This document shows, one piece after another, positions 53,552 through 63,355 of a DNA stretch of 64,000 nucleotides (position 1 is the stretch's first letter; the number at the start of each line of letters is the position of its first letter). A program made the translations under genes and the position numbers. The notes below the pieces were generated by a model that did no database searches, was not told the origin of the DNA, and was given only the letters and a program-made list of their open reading frames with translations. Origin of the DNA: an uncultured delta proteobacterium. Its GTDB lineage: Bacteria > Desulfobacterota > Desulfomonilia > UBA1062. The stretch spans positions 352,001-416,000 of the forward strand of contig CAWAUM010000001.1 of the NCBI GenBank assembly GCA_963785235.1. Reading direction: 5' to 3'.

Positions 53552-54841
53552 TTAAAAGGCCCAGTGCCGGACCTTGTTCACGACCTTCTCGATGGTGTTC
53601 AGCACCACGAGCGGGACGTCCCTGGGGTCGAACAGGGGAGAAGGCATGCCGAAGACAAAGGGCAGTACGGCGGTGAGCTGTACGGCCCCGATGGGGCAGC
53701 CCTTCACCCGTTTGATGCGCCCGGCGTTGATCGTCCCTTTCACCTCGGTGCAGTCGCCGATGAGCAGGCAGACCCCGCCATTGGCATCAACATCCCCTTC
53801 ATAGATGCCGGTGACGATGGCGCCGGGTTTTGCCTTTTTCAAGGAGCCGGGACGGCGCGCATCGATGGTGCCCAGGCTGCCTTTTACCGCGGCCATGCAC
53901 CCGCCGTAACAGATCTGATTCGTGTTCGGGCCGATGCCCTCATAGAAGTTAATCGGCGTGTCCAGCTTCTGCATGTCCTGAAACTCGCTCACGATCCCGG
54001 AGGTTCTCCCCGCAAGCTCGGCGATGCCGATATCCCCCAGGATCTTTACGGATGCGGGATCGATGGACCCATAGCCCCGCTCGGATGCAATCCGCAAATG
54101 GTGGACATCCTCAGGTCTATACCCGAGGATCTGGGCCGCAACGACGTCGGAGGCTATTGGGTCATTGCTGATCATGATCAGCCCCAGGTGGAAAGGCTTG
54201 GCGCAGGATTCAAAGCCGTGGCCGATGGTCACGGCATCGGTGACGATGAGGTCCGGATAGCCCATCTCCAGGATGTCCACGATCTTCTCGTTCAGACGGT
54301 CGTCGTGATAGAGCATGCGCTCCTTGTGGAGCAGGCTGCCGATATTGAGCTTGAGCGCATTGGTGATCTCGCAGCAGATATGGTACTTGAGCTTGGGCAT
54401 CCAGATCTTGAAATCCGACTCATGGATAAGCCGCGGGCAGAGGAGCGTCTTGTGGAACTTGGCCCTCTTCATCTGCACCTTCACGTACTTGTCTTCATTG
54501 AAGTCGATGATGGGGACCTGGTGCTTCTGTCCCATGGCATAGTAACCGGACTCCTTGAAGTTCAGGCGCGTGGGGATGGCAAAACCGCCTGATTCACCGA
54601 CCGTAAGATCCGTGACCATGGGAAACGCCCGCACCTGATCCACCACCGTGCCCACAAGGTCGGGGTGGGTGAAGGCATACTGCGAGTAGTTCTTATTGGC
54701 AAAGACCACATTGGGTTTGATGAGCACCTTGCCTTTTGGTTTTTGGCCGAGCAGCTCGAAACCCTCCTGAACAACCTTGTGCATTGCTGAGGGATTGTAC
54801 GCATCAACCCTGCGCAGTAAAACCCATCGTTCCTTTGGCAT
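53552..54841 (-). CDS. DUF362 domain protein with Cys-rich C-terminal region
   Basis: VLIKPN, FTHP, VGES, PKLKYH, ALKLNIG, DPIASD; C-terminal CYGGC, IGDC, KGCP. Confidence 0.8.
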   Translation of the reverse strand: MPKERWVLLRRVDAYNPSAMHKVVQEGFELLGQKPKGKVLIKPNVVFANKNYSQYAFTHPDLVGTVVDQVRAFPMVTDLTVGESGGFAIPTRLNFKESGYYAMGQKHQVPIIDFNEDKYVKVQMKRAKFHKTLLCPRLIHESDFKIWMPKLKYHICCEITNALKLNIGSLLHKERMLYHDDRLNEKIVDILEMGYPDLIVTDAVTIGHGFESCAKPFHLGLIMISNDPIASDVVAAQILGYRPEDVHHLRIASERGYGSIDPASVKILGDIGIAELAGRTSGIVSEFQDMQKLDTPINFYEGIGPNTNQICYGGCMAAVKGSLGTIDARRPGSLKKAKPGAIVTGIYEGDVDANGGVCLLIGDCTEVKGTINAGRIKRVKGCPIGAVQLTAVLPFVFGMPSPLFDPRDVPLVVLNTIEKVVNKVRHWAF

Positions 54842-54906
54842 GTCCCCTCCCTTTTCTCTCCCTAAGTCAGGGGTGATGGATGACCGGGGAATTCTTAGTT
54901 AATACC

Positions 54907-55737
54907 TCAGGCCCCCATTTTCTTGCGCGTTATCCAGATAACAATATCAGATGTCATCCGGGTAAGCCACCCGTTGCTCAACCGGTGCAGGAGATACAGG
55001 AAGCGGGTGGAGGCCCCGGGTATAAACAGATACTTTTCCTTGGCCACGGCCTTCACGATAACCTCTGCCGCATATTCCGGAGTCAGGAATCCGCCCAGGC
55101 CCTTTACGGCCCGGCCTTCGGCCGGCAGCGTCTTGGCCTCGTCCAGGTTCATGGGGGTGTCGACCTCGGGCGGGCAGATGACCGTGATTTTCATTCCCAG
55201 AGGCTTCAACTCATAGCGCAGGCTGTCTGATAAACCCAGCAGTGCGGCCTTTGAAGTGCCATAGGCCGTGTAGCCGAACATCCCGAAGAGGCCCGCGGCC
55301 GAGGAGAGGATCACTATGTGGCCCCTCTTGGATTTCATGGCGTCAAGCAGGGTATGGATCATATTACGGGGTCCGTAGAGATTGATCTTCATCACCTCGT
55401 CGAACATGTCATGGGTGATGTTCTCGAAGTGGTCGGCATACTTGTTGATGCCCGCGCTGCATACGAGGATATCGGGTGCGCCGTATGTTGTAAGGGCGAT
55501 CTTCATCTTTTTTTCAACATCGGCGATGTCCGCCACATCCACGGACAGCGTCCCGATTATCTGCGCCGTACTACGCCGGGATTTATCCATGACCTGGCGT
55601 GCTTCCTGGAGCTTCTGCTCATTCCTTGCGATCAGAAGCAGGTTCGCACCCTTTTGGGCGAATATCTTTCCCATCTCCAGCCCGATCCCGCTGGAACCGC
55701 CGGTGATGTATATCAATTTGCCCTCGAAGTTTTTCAT
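54907..55737 (-). CDS. SDR oxidoreductase, 3-ketodihydrosphingosine reductase (KDSR)-like
   Basis: ITGGSSGIG, LIARN, SSAAGLFGMFGYTAYGTSK, CPPEVDTP; start probably ATG 55737. Confidence 0.85.
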   Translation of the reverse strand: MKNFEGKLIYITGGSSGIGLEMGKIFAQKGANLLLIARNEQKLQEARQVMDKSRRSTAQIIGTLSVDVADIADVEKKMKIALTTYGAPDILVCSAGINKYADHFENITHDMFDEVMKINLYGPRNMIHTLLDAMKSKRGHIVILSSAAGLFGMFGYTAYGTSKAALLGLSDSLRYELKPLGMKITVICPPEVDTPMNLDEAKTLPAEGRAVKGLGGFLTPEYAAEVIVKAVAKEKYLFIPGASTRFLYLLHRLSNGWLTRMTSDIVIWITRKKMGA

Positions 55738-55944
55738 GGCTGTTACTCCATCCCCATCTGTGACACCCGGACCATCCAGGTTTGCCATCATTTGCGCCAA
55801 GGGTTCAGCATGTGATGCCCCTGTATACCTTACATGCGGAAGGAAGACCCATTGAAAGGGTAACACCGTTGACCTTAAAAAACAAGCAAGATTTCCTCCA
55901 AAAGTACCGCATCAGTAACGGGTATATGAAAAACACTGTCCTCC

Positions 55945-56574
55945 TCAGGTAAACGGCCGCAGCACCTCTTCGAGGATTCGCTCCATGGCGCCTTCAAGAT
56001 CCCATACCTCGAGCGTGACCCTGCTGATGTAAAGCGAGACCATGCCGTGCAGAGTGCTCCAGACATGCAGCAGGCGGTATGGTACCTCATCAGTGCTTAT
56101 GCGCCCGTTATACAAAGCGACCTCGGTGATGATTGCGGTGCCTATCTCGGCTACCTGCAAGGCAATTCTATTCTGCTGGTCGGCAACCCCTTCCATCTTT
56201 GTGCCCACATAGTCGGCATACTTCGGGGTATCCATGCTGAACATGATATTGTAGTAGTGCTTGTTCTCGATCCCCCAGCGCACATAGGCATGGACGGCTG
56301 AACGCATCTTTTCAACGGGATTTTCCGAAGAGAGGTACGCGGTGCGGAACTGTTCCGAGAGCTCCTGGAAGCCCTTGGTCAACGCCATCAGATAGAGCTC
56401 ATCCTTGTTGGAATAGTAGTTGTATATCGTCTTTGCCGTGAACCCAAGCCGCAAGGCGAGCTTGCGCATACTGAGGTTGGCATAGCCGTCTTTATTGATG
56501 ATGAACAGGGCCTCCTTGAGGATGCGTTCGCGGATAGCCTCCACAACCTCGGGCCGGGCCGGTGCCTTGGGCAT
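55945..56574 (-). CDS. TetR/AcrR family regulator (WHG-type C-terminus)
   Basis: LSMRKLA.RLG.TAKTIYNYY.NKDEL; WSTLHG. Confidence 0.92.
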   Translation of the reverse strand: MPKAPARPEVVEAIRERILKEALFIINKDGYANLSMRKLALRLGFTAKTIYNYYSNKDELYLMALTKGFQELSEQFRTAYLSSENPVEKMRSAVHAYVRWGIENKHYYNIMFSMDTPKYADYVGTKMEGVADQQNRIALQVAEIGTAIITEVALYNGRISTDEVPYRLLHVWSTLHGMVSLYISRVTLEVWDLEGAMERILEEVLRPFT

Positions 56575-56636
56575 GCTGTCTCCTTGATGCTCTTCTTTTA
56601 TATATAGCGGTGCTGAATTTCAAACAATGGTTTAAC

Positions 56637-57125
56637 TCAATCCTTCTTGACAGCATTCACCTTTGTCACCCTGAAGGCCTTTTCTAAATCTTGCGGTTTA
56701 AGCTCTACCATGAAACCCCTCTTGCCGCCATTGATGAAGATGCGGTCCAGTTCGAATATCGTGGATTCTCCATATACCGGCAGACTGGTGCGGGTGCCGA
56801 AGGGGCTGATGCCGCCTACCATGTAGCCTGAATATCGGTTGGCATCTTTTTCATCACAAGGCTCGACCCGTTTCACCTTGAGCTGCCGGGCAAGCTGCTT
56901 GGTGGATACCTCACAGTCGCCATGCATGAGCATTATGAAAGGCTTCTTATCATCTGATTCCATGATGAGGGTCTTGATCACCTGGTGTTCAGGAATGAGA
57001 AAATATTCGGATACATGGTGGGTGCCGCCATGTTCCACAAAGGGGTAGAGGTGTGGGATGAATTCAATCTTCTTGTTACGTAACAAACGGATAGCCTGAG
57101 TGATTGGGTAGTCCGGCCTCGTCAT
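56637..57125 (-). CDS. ybaK: Cys-tRNA(Pro) deacylase YbaK
   Basis: VIKTL, GYMVGGISPFG, INGGKRG. Confidence 0.9.
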   Translation of the reverse strand: MTRPDYPITQAIRLLRNKKIEFIPHLYPFVEHGGTHHVSEYFLIPEHQVIKTLIMESDDKKPFIMLMHGDCEVSTKQLARQLKVKRVEPCDEKDANRYSGYMVGGISPFGTRTSLPVYGESTIFELDRIFINGGKRGFMVELKPQDLEKAFRVTKVNAVKKD

Positions 57126-57228
57126 TATCGAAGTTGCCCCCTGTCAGATACTATCTGTACAGGCACCAAAGACATTATTCGACAGCAGTGTTTAAAGGCT
57201 TGGAAGTGCATGGGTTTGAAGAAATGCC

Positions 57229-58659
57229 TCAGCGTGTCTTCACCTGTACATACGTACTCTGAGCGCTCCTATGATCCAGAGCCAGAAACACCGCTTCTTG
57301 GCCGGGTTGGAGCACGCTGACAATCCCCGCAAAGTCCTCCACGCCATGAATCGACTGGCCGTCGATTTCCAGGATGATATCTCCCAGTTCAAAACCCACT
57401 TCTGCCATGGGGCCTTTCGAGTCGAGCCATTTCACAGCCACACCCATATCGATCCCGTAGTTGTCCGCTTCCTGAGACCTGACAGGTCTTATCTCAATAC
57501 CGAGGCGTTCTTTAACTACAGTAGAGAGGTATTTCAGAGAGTCATCCATGTCTCCAACCACGATTTTGACATCAAATTCTTTGTTGCCTCTCAGAACAGC
57601 CGACTGGAGGGTTGTGCCGATGTGTGTTGTGGCCACCTGGTTTCGCAGCGATCCCGAATCTTTTACCTCTTTGCCCATTATATTCACGATGATGTCGCCC
57701 TTCTTCAAGCCGGCCTTGTCGGCAGGCCCGTCTTTGACTACATCGACAACAAAGGCGCCTGTGGTCAATCCCATCTTAAGGGATTTCGCCTTTTCCTGGT
57801 CCAGGTCCTGGATGGTGACGCCTATCCATCCCCTTTTGACCTTGCCATAAGCAATAAGTGCCTTTGAGATGGAAATGGCGAAATTGCTGGGGATGGCAAA
57901 ACCGATCCCTTCATACCCTCCGGACTCAGAGGCGATTATTGAGTTGATGCCGATGACCTCCCCCTTGAGGTTGATGAGCGGTCCTCCGCTGTTGCCGGGG
58001 TTAATGGCGGCATCGGTCTGGAGGAAGTCCTGGTATGAACTGGGGTCTGTGATACCCTGGCGGTGTTTGGCGCTGATAATGCCCTGGGTTACGGTCTGGT
58101 CGAGTCCTCGAGGGTGGCCTATGGCCACAACCCACTCTCCGACCTCAACCTTGTCGGAGTCGCCGAGCATGACAAAGGGGAGTTTCGATTCAGGGTTAAT
58201 TCTGATTACGGCAAGGTCGGTCTTAGGGTCTTTCCCTACCATTTTTGCTGCATAGTGTTTCCCGTTTGAGAGGATCACCTTTATATCAGTAGCCTCATCC
58301 ACGACATGGTTGTTTGTGAGGATATTCCCTACCTCATCAATGATAATACCGGTACCAAGCCCCTTGAGTTCTCTCTTGAATTTTTTTTGTGCCTGAGGCT
58401 GTTCGAAGAATGGGGATTGCTGTGGCTCGGTTAATGGAGAATATGGTACGACCTGCTGCTGGGTCACCTCAATGTGCACTACTGAGGGGATAGTGGCCTT
58501 GGCGATCTGCGTGATGATCACCCTGAGATCGTTCGCGAATAAGGGTTTGGGCGATGTGTCCTGGTCAGGTTCGGCTGCGTTCGTTAAGCCGGGCATAAAG
58601 GTGAGGAAGAAGACAAGGGTGATAATTGCCGTGAAACAGGTGCTACAATATTTCCCCAT
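57229..58659 (-). CDS. degP: DegP/HtrA (Do) serine protease with two PDZ domains
   Basis: Signal peptide, LTNNHV, TDLAVI, QTDAAINPGNSGGPL, GIGFAIP. Confidence 0.93.
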   Translation of the reverse strand: MGKYCSTCFTAIITLVFFLTFMPGLTNAAEPDQDTSPKPLFANDLRVIITQIAKATIPSVVHIEVTQQQVVPYSPLTEPQQSPFFEQPQAQKKFKRELKGLGTGIIIDEVGNILTNNHVVDEATDIKVILSNGKHYAAKMVGKDPKTDLAVIRINPESKLPFVMLGDSDKVEVGEWVVAIGHPRGLDQTVTQGIISAKHRQGITDPSSYQDFLQTDAAINPGNSGGPLINLKGEVIGINSIIASESGGYEGIGFAIPSNFAISISKALIAYGKVKRGWIGVTIQDLDQEKAKSLKMGLTTGAFVVDVVKDGPADKAGLKKGDIIVNIMGKEVKDSGSLRNQVATTHIGTTLQSAVLRGNKEFDVKIVVGDMDDSLKYLSTVVKERLGIEIRPVRSQEADNYGIDMGVAVKWLDSKGPMAEVGFELGDIILEIDGQSIHGVEDFAGIVSVLQPGQEAVFLALDHRSAQSTYVQVKTR

Positions 58660-58816
58660 GGATAAAACCTCCGATCATATCTGGGCATGCACTGGAATGC
58701 ATGGTGTTGCCTTGCTATAGAAAACATCATAGCACTAGGGCGTGCAAAAGCAAGGGGTATATAAGGCAGGTTTTTGCGTTTGAATGAATGTATAAAAACT
58801 CGTATGCGTTTCAGGA

Positions 58817-58986
58817 GGTCTTAAGCATAAAACTCATAGTGAGCAAGGGATTATTTTTAATAGGTCCGTTCAAATCCTTTATCTTGCAGCCTTGAAGGAA
58901 CGAGATACTCAGCATTACACAAAGGCTGCAAGATAAAGGATTTGAACGGATCAGGTTTTTACGCATCTTGAACTCAAAATCCGGGG
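58817..58986 (+). repeat. Palindromic repeat element, copy 3 (29 bp perfect stem 58865-58893/58922-58950, 28 nt loop)
   Basis: TCCGTTCAAATCCTTTATCTTGCAGCCTT inverted repeat with flanks shared with copies 1 and 2. Confidence 0.9.
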
Positions 58987-59007
58987 TTATATACAATTCC
59001 ATGCCCG

Positions 59008-60137
59008 CTATGAGTTCTTCAGTTGTTGTAATGCGAGCTCAATCTCTTCTTTGAGTTCTCCCTGGCTCTGCCCGAGGAATTTTTTCAGTGCCTCCCGTGC
59101 ATCAGTACCCTTGATGCGGCCCAAGGCCCATGCGATCATGGCACGTACCCTGAAGTCATCATTTTCCTCATAGGCACGCACGAGGTCGGGAACATAACCG
59201 GTATCCAGGCTGTTGCCCATGGCCCGGGCAACATTCATCTTCCAGCGCCACAGGTCTTCGGGCGCCTGATAGAACATGTGGGGCCAGATCTTTGCCATGA
59301 AATAGGCCTTGTCCATGTGCAGCAGTTTTCTCAATTCAAAGTCATCTGCCATTGCCAGCGCCTTCTTGTTCATGGGCAGGTCTTTCCCAAGCCACGGGGT
59401 GTTCCGCGGGCATACATTCTGGCAACGGTCGCACCCATAGACCCACATGCCCATGGGCTCCCTGAGTTCAATGGGGGTCAGCCCGTCTCCAAAATAACTC
59501 AGGTAGGATATGCACCGGCGAGGGATCTATCTTGCGCGGGCCTTTCAGGGCGCCTGTGGGGCAGGCGGAGATGCAGGCGTTTCTGCACCAGTCAGGACAA
59601 GCGACTTCATAGTTCGGTTCATCAGGCTCAAACGTGCGGTCAATAACCAGGGCAACGGGCAGTACCCAGGAGCCTTTGTGGGCAACCTTCCTGGAGTAGA
59701 ACAGGGTGTTCTTGCCGAAGGTCCCAAGGCCGGCCCTGGCCGCAGCTACACGGTGGGGGAGGTGGAAGGGGACCTTTGAGTTGATCCCGTCTTGTGTGAG
59801 AAAAGACCGGAAGGCCTTGATCCGAACGGCCAGGCCGTCTTTGGTGACCCGGTCGTCATCCAGGTAACATCGCCCGAAATGGCGCTCCAGTTGCGAAGGG
59901 AAGGCCTCCCTGAAGTAGGCCTCGATGAGCACTATGATGGATTGGGCGTCCGGGAAGGATGATTTTGGGGTCGGTGCCGGCTACCAGGTCGAGGCCCATC
60001 TTGCCGATCCATCCATACTCCTCCTGCCGCTGGCACAGCAGCTCTTTCTGGGTGTCGAAAGGTTCTGCCGTGGTGAAGCCGATATCTGCAAATCCCAACT
60101 CCAAGGCCTTGTTTATAATATCATCCCTGGTGAGCAT
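59008..60137 (-). CDS. Epoxyqueuosine reductase (QueG)-like cobalamin/Fe-S protein with C-terminal HEAT repeats; two frameshifts (~59950, ~59515)
   Basis: ALELGFADIGFT, AARAGLGTFGKN, CPDWCRNACISACPTGAL, RCISY, WVYGCDRCQNVCP, VRAMIAWALG. Confidence 0.8.
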
Positions 60138-60597
60138 AGAGTTCTCCTTGGCGCTAAAGAAGAAACGATATTCATATCACTCAATGATAGAGGGGAAAGA
60201 CAGTGAGTGTGCAAGTAAAAAACGAGCGCTCGCTCTATTAAACCCATAAACGAGATCAGCTGTCTTAGGATATCTTTTTAGGCAATGCCTTCAATGCCTT
60301 TATATACCTTGGCCTATTGAAGGCCAGAGTGATTCAATAGCCCAGAACCCGTTCAAGGGAAAAGAAGCAAAAGCATAACATTTCATATTGCTAGCATGCC
60401 GGGCGTAAACAGTAATTACCAATGAAAAAGTATCACTATTGAATACCAATTTAATCATTATCATTAATCTTATTCTTATTGTCCGATACCGCTCTTGTGT
60501 TTAATTGGCGATAAATGAATCTGCTGAGCTACTTGAGGTCATGGCTCCACCATGATTAAATTTATAAAGGATCCGTATGGATCCAGGAGGGACAAAG

Positions 60598-62515
60598 ATG
60601 AAGGGATTCAATATAGGTCTGCTACAGAAGTTGATGCTTGGTGGCATGTGTATCCTAATAATACCTCTCATGCTCGTGTCCTACTTTTCCTGTACAAAGG
60701 CCGCTCTATTCCTGGGGACCTTTTCAAAGGAGCATTGAAGGGCCATGGCAGAGCAGTTGGCCGGTTATACGGGAAAGCTCCTTGAGCAGGAACTGAAACT
60801 TGCAAACCAGATAGCCTTCAGACATACCTTATTCAGTCTGCCCTGATACCGGGAAGACAAAGGCGATCAATCGCATTGTTTCATTCGTGAGGAAGGCCTT
60901 AACGAATCAAACCTCTATGTCACGGATATCTCGGGGAATGTCATTGCTGCAGGCACGGCGATTGCAACGACTACCAGAAAGGTCTTTTGCTAAAACTGTG
61001 ACCTTCAAAGCAGTCCAGCAGCTAAGGGCCTGCATTGGTGAAGTGACGAAATCCGCAAATGAAAAAAATACGGTGGTACCTGTTCTTTCTCCCATCGTTT
61101 CTCAGGATGGGCAATTCCAGGGCAGTGTGGTCCTTCTTCTTAAGCTCGATGGACTCATAGATGAGTTTTAAAAACAAGATCTCTAACTGGGATTGCCTTC
61201 ATTATCGATATGACTCTGGATTGTCATTTCGACACCCCAAGGCACAACATATCCTGAAGCTCAACCTGACTACCGTGCCTGATTTAAAAAATATTGTATT
61301 AAAAATGATCGATGGCTCTACCGGGGTTGATGAATAACCGGTTCGAAGGGATAGACAAGATCGCGGGCTTTGCCCCAGTGCACCTCACTGGCTGGGAGCG
61401 TAGCACTACCCAGCCCAACAGTGAATTCCTTTCTCTCACATACATCGTTTTCATTGTCATTATTGCCCTTCCCATGGGTCTCACCATGATCATGGTGTTC
61501 GTCTTTGCCTGGAATATCACCACTCCTTTATCTCTGGGTGTGGCATGTGCAAAAAAGATGGCGCAAGGAGACTTTACCCCGAAGTTCGATATAAAACGAA
61601 CTGATGAAATGGTACCTGGCAGTTGCCTGAAAGAGATAGTAATCGACTGCGTAATCCACGAGTGAAGGTTGCACCGGCCGGTATCAGACCAAGGTGGCGG
61701 CAGGGCCGGGGACATCCCAAAGCCAGACCGGCCAGCATGCTCGCAATAAGCATGGCTATGCCCGTTGCAAGGCTGCAACATCCATCAAACAGAACGCGGC
61801 AAATACCGAGGAAGGTCTTCTCAAGGCAAAGAATACCCTGTCAGCATTGGAGAAGAACATGGAGCTCGGGGGTGACATGAGTTCTTCCATGTGCAGGATT
61901 ATCGGCGGCACGAGTGTATCGAACAGATTATATCCACGGTAAACGAGGTAGCTTTCCAAACCAATCTCCTCGCCCTGAAGATGCCGCAAGAGGCAGCCTT
62001 CCCGGATGAGCCGGCGAGGTATCTGCCACGAGTGGCTGCAGAAGTAAGATCCCTGGGTCAGAAGACAACTATTGCAGCTCAGGAGATCAAAGTTCTTATC
62101 CAGGATACCGGGGAAAGAATCAGTTCGGGAGATACCCTGGTTAAGCAGTCAGGAACATCTTTGAAAGAATGCATGTTCCTCATGAAGGAGCTTACACAAG
62201 CCATTGACGATATCGCTACATCCACCAAGGAACAGGCGAGCGGAGTAGACGAACTGACCAAGGCCATATCCGAGATCGACTCCACCACCCAGAGAAACTC
62301 TGCTATCGTTGAGGAGCCCCCAGAGCGCTGCATAACCCGAAATGGCGACAAAGGATCTATCAGTTATGGTGAAGATATTCAAGGTGAACGCTGAGGAAGC
62401 CTTCGAAATGTCGAACAGGCAGGATTATGATGCCGACACCGACCATATCATGGAACAAAAGAGGAAGAAACATGCCTTCGGATATCATGGAACCAGCATT
62501 GGAGAAATCCAGTGA
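60598..62515 (+). pseudogene. Methyl-accepting chemotaxis protein, heavily disrupted (Cache-HAMP-MA)
   Basis: Fragments: GGAGG RBS + TM, AGFAPV..TGW, HAMP (PL...MAQGDFT...RTDE), VAFQTNLLAL, EVRSLGQ, STKEQASGVDE, TTQRN; many frameshifts; 3' end approximate. Confidence 0.8.
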
Positions 62516-62609
62516 TAAAATAGGGATACAATGACAGGGATAAGCAGAAATACCGCCAAAAACATTCCTCCATCAGACATATCCAACACCTAGTTCTCAT
62601 TATATGCTG

Positions 62610-62650
62610 GGCAAGACCATGGACTCATCCTCCCAGGTCTTGCCTTTTTT
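62610..62650 (+). terminator. Terminator hairpin with TCCTCCC in the loop
   Basis: GGCAAGACC...GGTCTTGCC followed by TTTTTT. Confidence 0.65.
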
Positions 62651-62712
62651 AGGATGTAAAGGGACTGACTAAGGATGGACAGGAGCTTTTCAGGGATGAA
62701 AGAGGACGTGTT

Positions 62713-62805
62713 ATGACCTTGGGAAAAAAGGTCTCCCTCATCTCCATCCTTATCATGGCTGCCACAATTCTGACATACTACGACATTGTCAGGTTTATTG
62801 GCTGA
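62713..62805 (+). CDS. Putative 30 aa single-pass membrane peptide
   Basis: GAGGA RBS, MTLGKKVSLISILIMAATILTYYDIVRFIG*. Confidence 0.45.
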   Translation: MTLGKKVSLISILIMAATILTYYDIVRFIG

Positions 62806-63005
62806 ACAGGGTGACTGTCTTAATTTGCTTAAGGAACCCTAAGCGAGCTACATCATGACAGAAGATACAGTTAGATATAAAATGACTAGTGTTTAAACCT
62901 CACTATTATCTAACTGGTAATCAATTGTTGTCTTCCTCGTCAGATTGAGCAAAATAGATATAATATAATGGAATATCTTTAAGTGAACGGGGCTATTTAT
63001 CTGTA

Positions 63006-63151
63006 CTCAAGCTGGGATTGCCCATGATTGTATATTCGGCATATGGTAGTTGTGTAAACGATTTTCTTGTCCTGGCAGCAGATGCCTATGTAGTGAAGTC
63101 TCCGGACTTGTCGGAGCTGAAACCCGGATCCATGAATTGGCAAAGGGTTAA
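63006..63151 (+). pseudogene. C-terminal remnant of a single-domain receiver paralog
   Basis: Own translation LKLGLPMIVYSAYGSCVNDFLVLAADAYVVKSPDLSELK matches the C-halves of 21640-22038 and 44195-44605; N-half absent. Confidence 0.7.
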
Positions 63152-63355
63152 TCTTGACAAAACAAGAAACCATATTATTATTTAAATAGAGTATCAGAAG
63201 AACTCTCATCAAAGATATGGATGAGGTCCATCACCGAGAGCTTTGTCCCCAATGAAATTTTCTGGCACTCAGGTTATCTTGATTGATATTTTTTATGTAG
63301 TTAGTTCCATGGGCCTGGAAATGTCTTAATGTAAGATTATGATGAGGAGGGAACC

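Noticed and set aside
39500-55737. Ceramidase-like Ntn hydrolase and KDSR-like SDR as one sphingolipid pathway
   Set aside because: They are 14 kb apart in different compositional blocks, and the family assignments are too broad to link them
63263-63280. TGGCAC as a sigma54 promoter
   Set aside because: No GC at the -12 position
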